64,000 nt of DNA from Candidatus Dojkabacteria bacterium (GCA_016927655.1 JAFGMG010000012.1:42618-106617); one strand, 5' to 3'. Numbered from the stretch's first letter, positions 9,590-20,231 are shown. Made by a program: numbers and translations. The notes: generated by a model from the sequence alone, not told the origin.

Positions 9590-10349
9590 TATTGGTCTTT
9601 ATTCTTTTAGTTAAAAATAGCCCAAGGTCAAATTTGAGAGCTTCAAATCCTGCTTCTTTAAATGTGAGCTGATGATTGATAACTGTCAGAAATATTCCCG
9701 CTATAAAGCTGTATGTAAAAAGCGGAGTGATTGAGGGAATTTTGAGCTTTTCTCCTTTGTAAATAAGCACCCTTTTTGCCAGATCAAACGAAAGGTCTGC
9801 TTTGGTTCCTGCTTTCCCGAAGGCAAGTGCTTTTTTAAATTTGTATTGTTTGATATCTTCCAGACTTACTTGAGCGTTATCATAAATGACTATACTTTTT
9901 TCTGAACTTAAATTTTGGAAAATCTTTTTAACAATCTCTGATTTTTGAGGACTACTTAGCACTACAAAATAATCCGGTGAAAGAAAGCTCGACCAGAACT
10001 TAGCCGTATCAGAGAATTTACAATTAGCGCTAAGAACAAGTATATGCGGATTTATCCTTCCGAAAAGAAGAACCAGATTTACCCGGACAATCAAGCCCAG
10101 CCATTCAAAAAAATTTCTTTTTTTGTCTTTGTACCCTAGGACTGACAAAGGGATTGACATATCCCAGGTGACAGGCTCGGTGTTTCTTCTAACAATAAAT
10201 TTTTCCTTGAGAATATGATAAATCCCTTCTTTTACAACTTCAGAACCAGAAAAACCCGCCACAACAATCACTTCCATTTTATGTTTGTGAATTGCCCATT
10301 TAGAAAGAGAGCTTAAGATAATCTTTAGTATTTTGCGAGGTATGTTCAT
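9573..10349 (-). CDS. Degenerate, truncated Mur-ligase (MurF-like) protein
   Basis: VIVVAGFSGSEVVKEGIYHILK and MSIPLSVLG resemble MurF GITGSxGKT / GxPLT, but the P-loop Lys and the C-terminal domain are absent. Confidence 0.6.
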   Translation of the reverse strand: MNIPRKILKIILSSLSKWAIHKHKMEVIVVAGFSGSEVVKEGIYHILKEKFIVRRNTEPVTWDMSIPLSVLGYKDKKRNFFEWLGLIVRVNLVLLFGRINPHILVLSANCKFSDTAKFWSSFLSPDYFVVLSSPQKSEIVKKIFQNLSSEKSIVIYDNAQVSLEDIKQYKFKKALAFGKAGTKADLSFDLAKRVLIYKGEKLKIPSITPLFTYSFIAGIFLTVINHQLTFKEAGFEALKFDLGLFLTKRIKTNIEQSN

Positions 10350-11626
10350 ATTCGTTCAATATCTGCTCCAATAGATCTAAACCTTTCCTCAATATTTGAA
10401 TATCCGCGCTCGATTATTTCTCCGCGTTCAATAATGCTTTCTCCTGATGCACCAAGTGCTGCTACTAGAAGTGACATCCCGGCCCGTATATCTGGTGATT
10501 TGAGTACTCTTCCCTTTAGGGCAGTCGGCCCATTTACTATCAATCTGTGTGGATCAGCTAGGAAAATGTCTGCGCCCATCGTGTTGAGTTCTTGAGTATA
10601 AAAAAGCCTTCCTTCATAAAGCTTATCATGAATAAGAATCCTTCCCTTACTTTGGGTTGCAAGTACTATTGCAAATTGAAGCAGATCCGGTGGGAATCCC
10701 GGCCATGGGAGACACTCCAGTTTATTCATAGAACCATCAAGATAATTGCATGTTTTTAGAGTCTGTTTTGCCGGTACGATCAGTGTTTCTCCATCCCACT
10801 TTGTTTTAATATTAAACTTTCCAAATTCTCCCAGGATCATATCAAGATGATTTTTCATTGCATTTTCTATTCTCAGCTCACCTCCTGTAACAATTGCTGC
10901 TGTTATAAATGTGCCGACCTCCATAAAATCATACGAAATTTGGTGTTCCGTGCCAAAGAGCACCTCCACTCCTTCAATATATAGTCTGTCACTCCCGATT
11001 CCTGAGATGCGTGCGCCCATTTTGTTTAAAAAATTACAAAGATCTTGAACGTGTGGTTCTGAAGCAGCGTTAATTATCTCTGTTTTACCTTTTGCCAGAA
11101 CCGCTGCCATTATCAGATTTTCTGTTCCCGTAACAGCTTTTTCTCCCTGCCACACTCTCGAACCTCTAAGATTCGACGCATCAACCTTGAATGAATTATC
11201 TTCATATTCAACCTTGGCTCCAAGCCTTTCTACTGCCTGGAAATAGCTATCCACCGGTCTTTTTCCGAGATTGCAACCGCCTGTAGACCAAAGCGTTGCT
11301 TTCCCAGCCCTTCCTACTAGAGGTCCAAGAAAGAGAATCGAGCCTCTGGTTTTTAAGACATCTTCTTTATCCAGCTTTGTCGTCTTGAGCTTGGTTGCCT
11401 TTACCTCAAGTTCATTTAATTTACGGTTGTATTTAACTGATGCTCCAAGTTTTCTCAGAATATTGATTTGAATCCTAACATCAGAAATATCAGGAACATT
11501 TGTCAGATGTACTTTTTCTGATGTTAAAATTGTCGCTGCTATTATCGGCAATGCTGCGTTTTTGTTTCCCATAGGGGAGATAGTTCCTTTAAGTGGTTTT
11601 CCACCTACTACACGGTATGATGACAT
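10346..11626 (-). CDS. murA: UDP-N-acetylglucosamine 1-carboxyvinyltransferase
   Basis: GNKNAALP, GGCNLGKRPVD (catalytic Cys), PGFPPDL, DIRAG. Confidence 0.95.
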   Translation of the reverse strand: MSSYRVVGGKPLKGTISPMGNKNAALPIIAATILTSEKVHLTNVPDISDVRIQINILRKLGASVKYNRKLNELEVKATKLKTTKLDKEDVLKTRGSILFLGPLVGRAGKATLWSTGGCNLGKRPVDSYFQAVERLGAKVEYEDNSFKVDASNLRGSRVWQGEKAVTGTENLIMAAVLAKGKTEIINAASEPHVQDLCNFLNKMGARISGIGSDRLYIEGVEVLFGTEHQISYDFMEVGTFITAAIVTGGELRIENAMKNHLDMILGEFGKFNIKTKWDGETLIVPAKQTLKTCNYLDGSMNKLECLPWPGFPPDLLQFAIVLATQSKGRILIHDKLYEGRLFYTQELNTMGADIFLADPHRLIVNGPTALKGRVLKSPDIRAGMSLLVAALGASGESIIERGEIIERGYSNIEERFRSIGADIERI

Positions 11627-11713
11627 ATTTTTTGCTCTAATATCTTAAGAAGCACAAAACGCAGTCAAGGCAGTTTCGTTACTATTATAGCAAGACTTGA
11701 GTGAGTAAAGAAG

Positions 11714-12739
11714 CTAGGCTAAATTTATATCTTTTATAATTCGAATAATATTCTGCTGTTCTTCTGACAATCTTTTGAAAATATAGTCTCTGGCAAAATT
11801 TTCTATACCCCAGACTCTAACCAATCCGCCCTCTTCCGGCAAGATAAATCTTTCTATGCGTTTCATCATCCTTTCAAACTCTATTGTTGATTGACCTGGA
11901 CCCTTTATTCTATGCCCCCAGCCTTCAAGCTGGGCTTCTGTTATTTCAACCTTGTATCCGTAGTAATCTGCTAGTTTTTTGTTTTTTGCGCAGGATATGC
12001 CATGAAATCTTGACCGCCAGATATCATCGTACCAGGAAATAAACGGCGACTGCTGATTGAAAGGAGTTTTGTAATAATAGTTTATCCCAAAAGTGAATTT
12101 GTGAATTCTTTCCACATATTTTTGTGCAACTTCGAGGCATTTTTTTATATTTGTACAGCCAGAAGAACTAAGAAGAATTTCCTTCCCAGGAAAAAATTCC
12201 CATATCGTCTCAATCATCTTCTGTATATATTCTTCGCTCATTGTCCATTTTTTCAAACCAAATGCATTGAAAGCTTCATTTTCAGGCTGAATCATCACTA
12301 TATGTCCCAGCTCCTCAGCCGAATACCTGGATTGAAGTTTATTGAGAAGCTCTTCAGAAAAATGAATTGCAACAGCTGCCATATCATCCTCAAGATCAAT
12401 TTCTGTATTATTTGGGGGAATTTTTTCAAGTTTTTTCAATACAACTGCCGGAACATGGCTTTCAGGCCAGCGGAAAGTTTTAATTGGTCCGATATTTAAG
12501 GTTAATTTAATATCAGTATTCAGACAATAGTCCAAGAATGGTTTATAATAATGAAGATCGACTGTTCCATTTTTATCCACCGCCTGATTCCATCTAATTC
12601 CAAGTCGGATATCTTTAATCTCAAATTCTTCACGGACAACCTTCAAAGCTTCTAGGGATTGAAAATAGCTCAAACCTTTAGACTCGAGTTCTTCAGGAGA
12701 GAAACTTGTACCAATTTTTACTCTATTTGTTTTTGTCAT
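11714..12739 (-). CDS. Putative clan GH-A TIM-barrel glycoside hydrolase-like protein
   Basis: G.SFS, IRL...W, G.K..RWPE.H.P, QPENEAF and ITEAQLEGW acid/nucleophile-like motifs. Confidence 0.6.
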   Translation of the reverse strand: MTKTNRVKIGTSFSPEELESKGLSYFQSLEALKVVREEFEIKDIRLGIRWNQAVDKNGTVDLHYYKPFLDYCLNTDIKLTLNIGPIKTFRWPESHVPAVVLKKLEKIPPNNTEIDLEDDMAAVAIHFSEELLNKLQSRYSAEELGHIVMIQPENEAFNAFGLKKWTMSEEYIQKMIETIWEFFPGKEILLSSSGCTNIKKCLEVAQKYVERIHKFTFGINYYYKTPFNQQSPFISWYDDIWRSRFHGISCAKNKKLADYYGYKVEITEAQLEGWGHRIKGPGQSTIEFERMMKRIERFILPEEGGLVRVWGIENFARDYIFKRLSEEQQNIIRIIKDINLA

Positions 12740-14508
12740 TAGCCCTTCACTGGAGGGACTCCGAGATAATCTTTTAGATCGATAAATATATCAAGCCACA
12801 AAATTCTAGCACTGTAGTAAGATAAACGCTCTACTGCCTTTGGTTCTTCGAGTTTGACAAGCATAATAAAAGTTTTCTCATCAGAAGCATCAAATCCAAT
12901 ATATGTTGCATTTATGTCACTTGAGTAGCCAGCCCGGTCTTTGTATGGAATTGTCGCCGTACCTGATTTCATTGCGATATTGTATTTGGCAAGTGATTTG
13001 TACCTGCTCTCATCCAAATTCGACTTATAAACCTCGTAAAGCATGTCTTTCAATTTTTGTGCAGTACTAGTCTTTATTGGCTGGCCATTTACGATCGGCT
13101 TGTAAACTCTCTTTTTGCCATTCGCTTCCTCAACTTCAGAAACAACGTATGGAGTCATCAGCTTACCATCGTTTGCCACTGCGCCCACACCCCTAATTGC
13201 TTGAATAGCTGTCATCTGGTATCCGTGTCCAAAAGAATAGGTGGCACTATCTACATTTGTCCACTGATCTAAGTCTTTAAATAGTCCATTTGATTCACCG
13301 GATATATCTATTCCAGTTTTTGTACCAATGCCGAATGCGCTTAAGTATTCATAAAGTTTTTCCGGCCCGATTAGTTTTGATATCTCATAAAGTGCTAGAT
13401 TGTCAGAATTAACAAGGGCTTCAGTTGCAGTCATTCCCCCTCTTGGTTTTTTGTCATATGTACAGATTTCCCAATCCCGTTCTTCTTCTTTCACAGTTGT
13501 ACACCCGCTATGCCCCTTAATAACAACAGTATCCGGCTGAATCACTCCCTGATCAAGAGCTGCTGCTGCTGTAAAGACCTTACCTACAGAACCAAGCTCG
13601 GCAGGATCACTTATTGCAACATTTTTAAAATTATCTGCATTTTCGACTTCATAATATATATTTGGATCGTAGTTTGGATAATTTGCTAACCCCAGGATTT
13701 CGCCGGTTTTAGGATCCATCACAATCACTGTTCCAGATTTAGCGTCGTATTTTTCTACTCCGGCTTTAATATGCTTTTCAATTTTTGCCTGAATATTTTT
13801 ATCAATTGTGGTATGAATAACAGCTCCTCTTCTTGCCTCAATTTGTGCCACGCTGTCTAATGCAATAATATTGCCGAAACTATCAACTTCAGTAAGATTA
13901 AATCCCTCCTGTTCCTTTAGAAGCCCCTCCCAATAGTGTTCCAGCCCTGCACTACCGACAGAATCACCAACATCATTTTTCCCAAGGTATCCAGTCAAAT
14001 GACATGCGAGTGTGTCTTCAGGATAAATCCTCTGCGAAGTATAAGCAACACGAAGACCTAGCAGATTTTGATCAGGATCGTTGTCTCTTTTCAGGTTTAA
14101 AACCTGCTCTTTTGCTTCATAAGGTATCTTGTATTTTATCGTAGTCCAATCATTTCCATCTTCCAATTGAGCTTCAAGATCTGACAGCTCCAAAACAGCA
14201 GATACCTTCGTAATAAATTCCTCTCTTGTTTGTTTCTCATATTTTTCAGCAAATTCAAGTTCTGTCTTGTAAACAATAATATCGAATCTTGGCTCTGAAT
14301 AAGCAAGCGTAGTATTATCTTTTGCTAGTATTTCTCCTCTAAGCTCAGGAATAGACTGGTCCACGATCCTTTCATTGGCCAATGCTACGAACATATCATG
14401 TCTAAAAATCTGCCACCTGATGAGTAATGCAAGATTGAGGATAAAAAACAAGATAAATCCAAAGACAAATAGTTTGTATTTAGTTTCTGAAAATACCTGG
14501 TTTCTCAT
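12739..14508 (-). CDS. ftsI: Class B penicillin-binding protein (FtsI/PBP2-like)
   Basis: N-terminal TM, RGEI, R.YP, GLE, SVGK (SxxK), SDN, KSGT; dcw position. Confidence 0.9.
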   Translation of the reverse strand: MRNQVFSETKYKLFVFGFILFFILNLALLIRWQIFRHDMFVALANERIVDQSIPELRGEILAKDNTTLAYSEPRFDIIVYKTELEFAEKYEKQTREEFITKVSAVLELSDLEAQLEDGNDWTTIKYKIPYEAKEQVLNLKRDNDPDQNLLGLRVAYTSQRIYPEDTLACHLTGYLGKNDVGDSVGSAGLEHYWEGLLKEQEGFNLTEVDSFGNIIALDSVAQIEARRGAVIHTTIDKNIQAKIEKHIKAGVEKYDAKSGTVIVMDPKTGEILGLANYPNYDPNIYYEVENADNFKNVAISDPAELGSVGKVFTAAAALDQGVIQPDTVVIKGHSGCTTVKEEERDWEICTYDKKPRGGMTATEALVNSDNLALYEISKLIGPEKLYEYLSAFGIGTKTGIDISGESNGLFKDLDQWTNVDSATYSFGHGYQMTAIQAIRGVGAVANDGKLMTPYVVSEVEEANGKKRVYKPIVNGQPIKTSTAQKLKDMLYEVYKSNLDESRYKSLAKYNIAMKSGTATIPYKDRAGYSSDINATYIGFDASDEKTFIMLVKLEEPKAVERLSYYSARILWLDIFIDLKDYLGVPPVKG

Positions 14509-14513
14509 GCAAA

Positions 14514-14837
14514 TTAATTATCTGCAGCAATTGTAGAATCAGCAAGCTCAATTTTTTTGACTTGTGTCTGAACTAGACCAAGCTCGCTTCCGGCCTTGGC
14601 TTCGATATCACCACTTATTCTGAGCTCGTTGATCTTTGAGCGTTTTATATCATTTTGAATTTTCAACTCCTCCTGCTCAGCTCTAAGTCTTGATATCTCG
14701 GGCCCATGCACTCCTGCAAGGTCCAGCACTACAAATTGTGCGATTATAAAAACTACTAATAATGTTCCAATTGAGATAGTAATATACCTTTGGAGCTCGC
14801 CTAGATCAAGTCCAGCGCGTCGTTTTCGTCTTTTCAT
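14514..14837 (-). CDS. FtsL-like cell division protein
   Basis: Basic N-terminus, single TM, coiled coil, A..ELGL; lies between rsmH and ftsI. Confidence 0.65.
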   Translation of the reverse strand: MKRRKRRAGLDLGELQRYITISIGTLLVVFIIAQFVVLDLAGVHGPEISRLRAEQEELKIQNDIKRSKINELRISGDIEAKAGSELGLVQTQVKKIELADSTIAADN

Positions 14838-14957
14838 GGGCAGTAAATTTTTTAAAATAGTTAAAGTGCGCTTTGCAATTATTTTGTTTCTCAAGCGCGG
14901 AATACAAGTTCCGAATACTTTCAAAACAAAATAATTGCTTCGCCTAGATTTACGAAT

Positions 14958-15887
14958 TCAAGAAGATGTCTTCTCCAGAACTCGCATCTTGGCGGATGAA
15001 CTCCTGGAATTGGCTGCAATTTCCAATTCCTTTGGTTCGATTAATTTGTCAATTTCCCTAGCTTTTCCTGCTTTTACCTTTTCTCTGAAGAAATTTTTTA
15101 CAATTCGATCCTCCCCAGAGTGAAAGCTTATTACAGCTAATCTTCCCTTGAAGCTGAGTGCGTCAAACGCCTGGGGCAGAAACCGGGTCAAGGCATATAA
15201 TTCCTGATTCACCGCGATTCTAAGCGCTTGAAACACTCGTGCTTCAAGGGACTTCGTACGCGAACTCGTGCTTAAAGGCACAGCTTGATAAATTAGCTTC
15301 TTTAGATCTTTAGTTGTCAAAATTGGCTTTTTGGCTCTTTCTTGAATGATTCTTTTGACGAATCTTCTTGAAATCCCCTGCATATCTGCCAACTCATTAA
15401 ATAGTTTAACCAATTCCTTTTCAGTTAAACCATTTAGTAAATCGGCTGCGCTTACCTGCGAATTCTCGTCCATTCTCATATCGAGATTGCTTTCTCCTTT
15501 AATACTGGAACCCTTTTCCTCGTCTTCCAGCTGATCTTGTGAGGTTCCAAGATCCGCTAAAATTTTATTGACTTTCGAAATCTTCAGATTCATCAGAATA
15601 CTTTCTAATTCAGCAAAATTTGAATTTATCAGATAAATTTCGATATTCTTGCTGGTTTTCAAAGAACTTAATGTTTTTGAATTTTCCTTAAATCTTTCAA
15701 TTGCTTTTTTGTCTCTATCAACTCCGATAAATACTGTTTTTTCTTTTGCCTGACTGATACTATTTATCATTGCTTCGAAATGTCCTCCGCCTCCTAAAGT
15801 TGCATCTACTACAGTTTCACCTGGCTGGACATTCAAACTCTCAAGAACTTCATCTAATAAAACCGGTATGTGTTTTGTTTTCTGCAT
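14958..15887 (-). CDS. rsmH: 16S rRNA m4C1402 methyltransferase
   Basis: HIPVLLDEV, DATLGGGGH, LDMRMD, FQALRIAVNQEL, ISFHSGEDRIVK. Confidence 0.95.
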   Translation of the reverse strand: MQKTKHIPVLLDEVLESLNVQPGETVVDATLGGGGHFEAMINSISQAKEKTVFIGVDRDKKAIERFKENSKTLSSLKTSKNIEIYLINSNFAELESILMNLKISKVNKILADLGTSQDQLEDEEKGSSIKGESNLDMRMDENSQVSAADLLNGLTEKELVKLFNELADMQGISRRFVKRIIQERAKKPILTTKDLKKLIYQAVPLSTSSRTKSLEARVFQALRIAVNQELYALTRFLPQAFDALSFKGRLAVISFHSGEDRIVKNFFREKVKAGKAREIDKLIEPKELEIAANSRSSSAKMRVLEKTSS

Positions 15888-15896
15888 TTGAAATAT

Positions 15897-16328
15897 TTAA
15901 TCTTTTAATTCGCTTAACCTGTCTCCGATATCTGCTGCATTTTTTGCAATTTCTGCAATCTTTTGATTCCACTTTGCCTCATCCCAGATTTCTACAAAAT
16001 CCTGAATTCCTACAAATATCAAGTCTGTTATTAGTTTTGCATAGTTTTTTAATTGCTCCGGCATTACGAATCTTCCTTGTGCGTCTAGAATGATTTCTCT
16101 TGCTCCTCCTATCAAAAATCTTTTTGTATTTCTAGCATCTGTATTTGTAAAAGGCCTTATTTCGATAGTCTTTATCAATTCCTGCCATCTGCTTTTATCT
16201 ACAATGATCAGACATCCTTCATAGCCTCTTGTGATCATTAATTCTCCTTTGAACTGCTCTCTAAATTCTTTTGGAAGAGCTGTCCTGTTTTTTTCTCCTA
16301 ATTTTGAGCTGTATTCGCCTATTAGCAT
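15897..16328 (-). CDS. mraZ: Division/cell wall cluster transcriptional repressor
   Basis: Two SpoVT/AbrB repeats (LDAQGRFVMP, VEIWD); heads the dcw cluster. Confidence 0.95.
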   Translation of the reverse strand: MLIGEYSSKLGEKNRTALPKEFREQFKGELMITRGYEGCLIIVDKSRWQELIKTIEIRPFTNTDARNTKRFLIGGAREIILDAQGRFVMPEQLKNYAKLITDLIFVGIQDFVEIWDEAKWNQKIAEIAKNAADIGDRLSELKD

Positions 16329-16490
16329 ATATTTTTCAAGCTAACAATTTGTCAAAGGGCAGTTTAAAAATTTGTGGTGAAAGACGTGTATTAATGCATT
16401 TCGTCTAAGAAGTGTTGTGTAGATTAACTGGTTGTCCAGGCCAGTTGCAGTTTTGTCCAAAAGTAGTTAAGAGTACAATTTTGCAGTTAA

Positions 16491-16521
16491 TCACCACCTT
16501 TCACCACTAGTCACCAGTATA
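16491..16521 (-). promoter_or_regulatory. MraZ-binding repeats with adjacent -10
   Basis: (G/C)TGGTGA three times at a 10-bp period (16491, 16501, 16511); the third copy abuts TATACT (16516-16521, minus strand). Confidence 0.75.
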
Positions 16522-16707
16522 AAGAAAAGTACGCGGCGGAGCAATGGTATATATACCGGAATCTTCCCGAAAATGGAGGAGAGTATTTTTAGAAGAAAGA
16601 ACCAGTCGTGCAAGAAGATCTTTTATTAGCTTTTGTTTGAACTTCTGGCAAACTAATGCCCATAGAACCTATCTGATATACACACTGATGTTCTTAGTTA
16701 CCAGCCT

Positions 16708-16944
16708 CTATGGTTCAGGGGAAATGACAGTTACGGATTCACGACAAACAGAAATTGTTAATTCCAGTGGTCTGCTTTTCCCATTTCCTGTTTCTTCTAA
16801 CCCAGGCTTAGAATATCCAAGTGGACATGATTCACCCAACTGACATTGCAGCAAACCCTCTCTTCCCCTTCCTCCACCTCCAGTTGTATATCTTTGAAAA
16901 CAAAACGGCGCCCCCTCTGGACCATACGGACATGCAGTAGACAT
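16708..16944 (-). CDS. Possible small Cys/Gly-rich hypothetical protein
   Basis: 78 aa ORF co-oriented with neighbours in an otherwise empty gap; no recognisable family. Confidence 0.3.
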   Translation of the reverse strand: MSTACPYGPEGAPFCFQRYTTGGGGRGREGLLQCQLGESCPLGYSKPGLEETGNGKSRPLELTISVCRESVTVISPEP

Positions 16945-17059
16945 TTTGGAAAAGTAACTAGCTGATTATCAAATATCAGAGGAGAAAATCAACATACCGC
17001 AACCCTGATTTGCAAAAGAATTACTTTGCGATTAATATTCTTGAGTTGCCTTCATATTT

Positions 17060-18859
17060 TTATGTCAAATCTACCACCAGACCATCTGCAGCGTCTACCA
17101 GTTCTTTGCTTTTCATGATTATTGACTGGGTTTGGGTTCCGCAGTTGAATGCAGCTCGTTCCTGATCGAGTACATCATCGTCAAAATATGTATCAAGTCC
17201 CAGGATATTCCCAAATGGCGGGACACCTCCGACAACGAGCCCGAATCTGTCTTTTATCACCTGCGGATCTTCAAAGCTGTATCTCTGAGCGAGCAATATG
17301 GCCAGTTTCTTCATCTCAAGCTTTTTATTGCCCGGAAGGCAGACCATAATATTTTTCCCATCTTTTTCCCCTTTTAGAATTAGCGCTTTCACGCCCTCTT
17401 CAGGCATTGTACCTCGCACTCTCGCCGAATCTTCACTTGTCGGGGTTGGCTCGTGTTCCTGGTATTCGTATACAAAACCCCTCTTATCAAGGATGCTTTT
17501 AATCTTTGCAACAATATTTTCTTCACCTACTATAACCTCCTGCTTCAAGCCAATTGATGCAACTCTTTTTGTATCTGAAGGGAACAGAACTGCCTCACGA
17601 ATATTTTCAAGACCAAGCAACTGCATTGTAAATCTTTCCAATCCCAAACCAAATCCGCCATGTTTCGGCATTCCATATTTAAAAATTGATAGATAATCAG
17701 TGAAATCCGCAGGATCAAGCTCCTTCATCTTCAGGTTTTCAATCAGCTTCTCATAATTATCAATTCTCTGCCCGCCGCTGCTAACTTCAGCGCCATTGCA
17801 CAAAAGATCGCCATAATTGCAGACTTCTGGATTCTCATCATTTGGCATTGCATAGAATGCGCATTTCGATCTTGGAAACTGAGTCACAAAAACAAAGTCA
17901 ATTCCGTCTTTCTCTTTAACGTAATTACAAATAAATCTCTCGGCCTCCGGAGAAAGATCATTTTCATTACGTTCGTCCGTACCAGTTTCCTTGAAATAGA
18001 GCTCAAGTGCTTCTTTCAGAGTATATCTGGGAATTTTTACTTCGTCTTTAAGTACAGCAGAATTTTCGAACATTTTCAGTTCTTCTGCACATTCTTTCTG
18101 AACTTTTTTATAAATTTGCCTAATCACTTTTTCCTCCCATTCAAGAACATCTTCGAATTTTTCAATAAAGCCGATTTCAAACTCCAGCTGCGTTGCCTCT
18201 GTGATGTGCCTTCTCGTATTTGATTTCTCTGCCCGGAAGCATTTCAAAGTCCCAAAAACACGCTCATAAACTCCCACCATCATCTGTTTATAAAGCTGAT
18301 TTGACTGAGACAATTTCACATCGTGTCCAAAATAATTAACCGTAAAAAGCTCGGCACCACCTTCAGAAGAAGCATTTATAATTGCCGGCCCCATAAACTC
18401 AGTGAATCCATTTTCAATCAAAAACTCCCGATACGCTTCCAAAATTACCCCCTGGACTTTAAAAACCGCAGCAATTTTCTCATTTCGCAAAGTCAATGGT
18501 CTGTGATCTAGAATTGTATCCAGGCTTGCTCTGATTTCCGGCTTATTTACCTCGACAGGCCAAGGACTTGTAACGGGCACTTCAATATTTATCACCGGAT
18601 TGATAATCTCGGCAGCGGATTTGAATTGTGACGAAGCTTGTACATTTCCTTCAATCATTAACACACTTCCCGGCTGTAAATCCTTTACTTTTTCCAATTC
18701 CGCCTTGTCTTGTATTATCACCTGAGTAATCCCGCCTCGATCCCTGATGTGCATGAAATTCACTGCCCCTAGCATCCTTAATGAATGCATCCAGCCTCTA
18801 ATCAATACCTGTTCACCAATATGGGATTTCAATTCATTCGATAATACTCTTTCCATCAA
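17060..18859 (-). CDS. aspS: Archaeal-type aspartyl-tRNA synthetase fused to a C-terminal YbaK/ProXp-like domain
   Basis: OB fold, LSQSNQLYKQ, FRAEKSNTRRH, SGGQRI, PKHGGFGLGLER; the last ~150 aa show HEPTPT, VKALILK, GGVPPFG, FNCG. Confidence 0.9.
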   Translation of the reverse strand: MMERVLSNELKSHIGEQVLIRGWMHSLRMLGAVNFMHIRDRGGITQVIIQDKAELEKVKDLQPGSVLMIEGNVQASSQFKSAAEIINPVINIEVPVTSPWPVEVNKPEIRASLDTILDHRPLTLRNEKIAAVFKVQGVILEAYREFLIENGFTEFMGPAIINASSEGGAELFTVNYFGHDVKLSQSNQLYKQMMVGVYERVFGTLKCFRAEKSNTRRHITEATQLEFEIGFIEKFEDVLEWEEKVIRQIYKKVQKECAEELKMFENSAVLKDEVKIPRYTLKEALELYFKETGTDERNENDLSPEAERFICNYVKEKDGIDFVFVTQFPRSKCAFYAMPNDENPEVCNYGDLLCNGAEVSSGGQRIDNYEKLIENLKMKELDPADFTDYLSIFKYGMPKHGGFGLGLERFTMQLLGLENIREAVLFPSDTKRVASIGLKQEVIVGEENIVAKIKSILDKRGFVYEYQEHEPTPTSEDSARVRGTMPEEGVKALILKGEKDGKNIMVCLPGNKKLEMKKLAILLAQRYSFEDPQVIKDRFGLVVGGVPPFGNILGLDTYFDDDVLDQERAAFNCGTQTQSIIMKSKELVDAADGLVVDLT

Positions 18860-18897
18860 AGATTTTTAAAAACTAGATTTACCTTCTGAAGTTTACC

Positions 18898-18930
18898 AAA
18901 AAAAGGCGAAGTCTGGAAAACTTCGCCTTT
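18898..18930 (-). terminator. Intrinsic terminator
   Basis: AAAGGCGAAG-loop-CTTCGCCTTT followed by a T run on the minus strand, after the 18955 gene. Confidence 0.8.
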
Positions 18931-18954
18931 AAATTACTAATTTTGCTCAACTTA

Positions 18955-20157
18955 TCAGAGTTCGGAGCCATATTCCTCAAGAAGTTGATTGTATTGATCA
19001 ATTTCTTCCTGGGTCATACCCGATGACTGAAGATATAACTGAGTGAAGTATTCCTCTAGACTCACAGCATCACTTGGAACTTCTACTGCGTCCTCAACTT
19101 TATCATAATCCCAAAGCTGGAGATTTAGTGAAAGTGAGGTTCCATCATCAAAATCAAAAGTTGCATTAACTTTATATATGTGGCTGTCTCTTCTTCCGCT
19201 ACATACATCAAGGGTCAGTGTTCCGCCCTCGCCTATTGATGCTAATTCACTATCACTTACTTCCTGCTCCCAGATCTCTGCTCCTTTTGTAGCAAGACCC
19301 TCCATTCCAGATTTATCAAGAGTCATTCTAAAACAGTTTGTTCGAACTCCCTCAATGACCTCATCATCAGTTCTTACCAAAACATCCGCCATTTCATCAC
19401 TATAGATAAATTCCTGAAGCTTTGTCAGATCAGCAGCAGTCATATCAGTTCCACCCACTAAACTGGTTACACTCTGATCTAACCCCAGACTCGAAACTGT
19501 ATCAGCAGATGAGCTTCCATCCATTGAAAGCCATTGCCCAGTTAGTGTAGTTGCATCCATTCCAAGTCCTTGAGCCAATGATGCAGGTAATTCGGATAGG
19601 TATAAGTAAGCTACATCATCTGTGTATCTCATCTCGCCGGCAAAATCCATATCTGCTCCTTGAACAGTATAAGTACCAGTTACGTCTGCATCTATCTGGC
19701 TTTTTTCATTAGCCATCCTTGTGAATCCGGCTACATTCAAATCTACACTGCCATTATCTCCCATATCAGCTGTAAGCGTTGCATCATATCTGAAGTTATC
19801 CGCCTCAAATTTGTCTTTGATCAAAGCCTCGGCCTCAGCTTTTGTATAACCGCTGTCCTCTGTTGCCATATCGGCAAGCATAGAAAAGACGAAGTCATTT
19901 ACATCATCTTGGATAGCTTCATCAGTCATACCTTCTGTAGCAACTGTATTCTCAACAGTTTCTACAACTCCAGAAAATACTGGCACATTTTTATTGCTAA
20001 AAAAAGCATATGCGGTACCACCAAGTAATAGTGCTACCAGACAGCCTCCAACAAGCACACAGCCAAGAATCAGCATTTTCATGCCGGAGCCGGCGCCTTT
20101 TTTCATGGAGGATTTAGGCATTTCTGCAGGGACTGCAGAACCTTCTTCCTTTTCCAT
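18955..20157 (-). CDS. Membrane-anchored acidic surface protein (LppX/LprAFG-like fold suspected)
   Basis: N-terminal TM, beta-rich acidic body, C-terminal V.VP..A motif. Confidence 0.6.
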   Translation of the reverse strand: MEKEEGSAVPAEMPKSSMKKGAGSGMKMLILGCVLVGGCLVALLLGGTAYAFFSNKNVPVFSGVVETVENTVATEGMTDEAIQDDVNDFVFSMLADMATEDSGYTKAEAEALIKDKFEADNFRYDATLTADMGDNGSVDLNVAGFTRMANEKSQIDADVTGTYTVQGADMDFAGEMRYTDDVAYLYLSELPASLAQGLGMDATTLTGQWLSMDGSSSADTVSSLGLDQSVTSLVGGTDMTAADLTKLQEFIYSDEMADVLVRTDDEVIEGVRTNCFRMTLDKSGMEGLATKGAEIWEQEVSDSELASIGEGGTLTLDVCSGRRDSHIYKVNATFDFDDGTSLSLNLQLWDYDKVEDAVEVPSDAVSLEEYFTQLYLQSSGMTQEEIDQYNQLLEEYGSEL

Positions 20158-20231
20158 AACAGATAAAAGTAACAAATTATATTTTCATAATAGCAAGGAG
20201 AATTTTGGAATGCAAGAATCGGGCCAAATTG

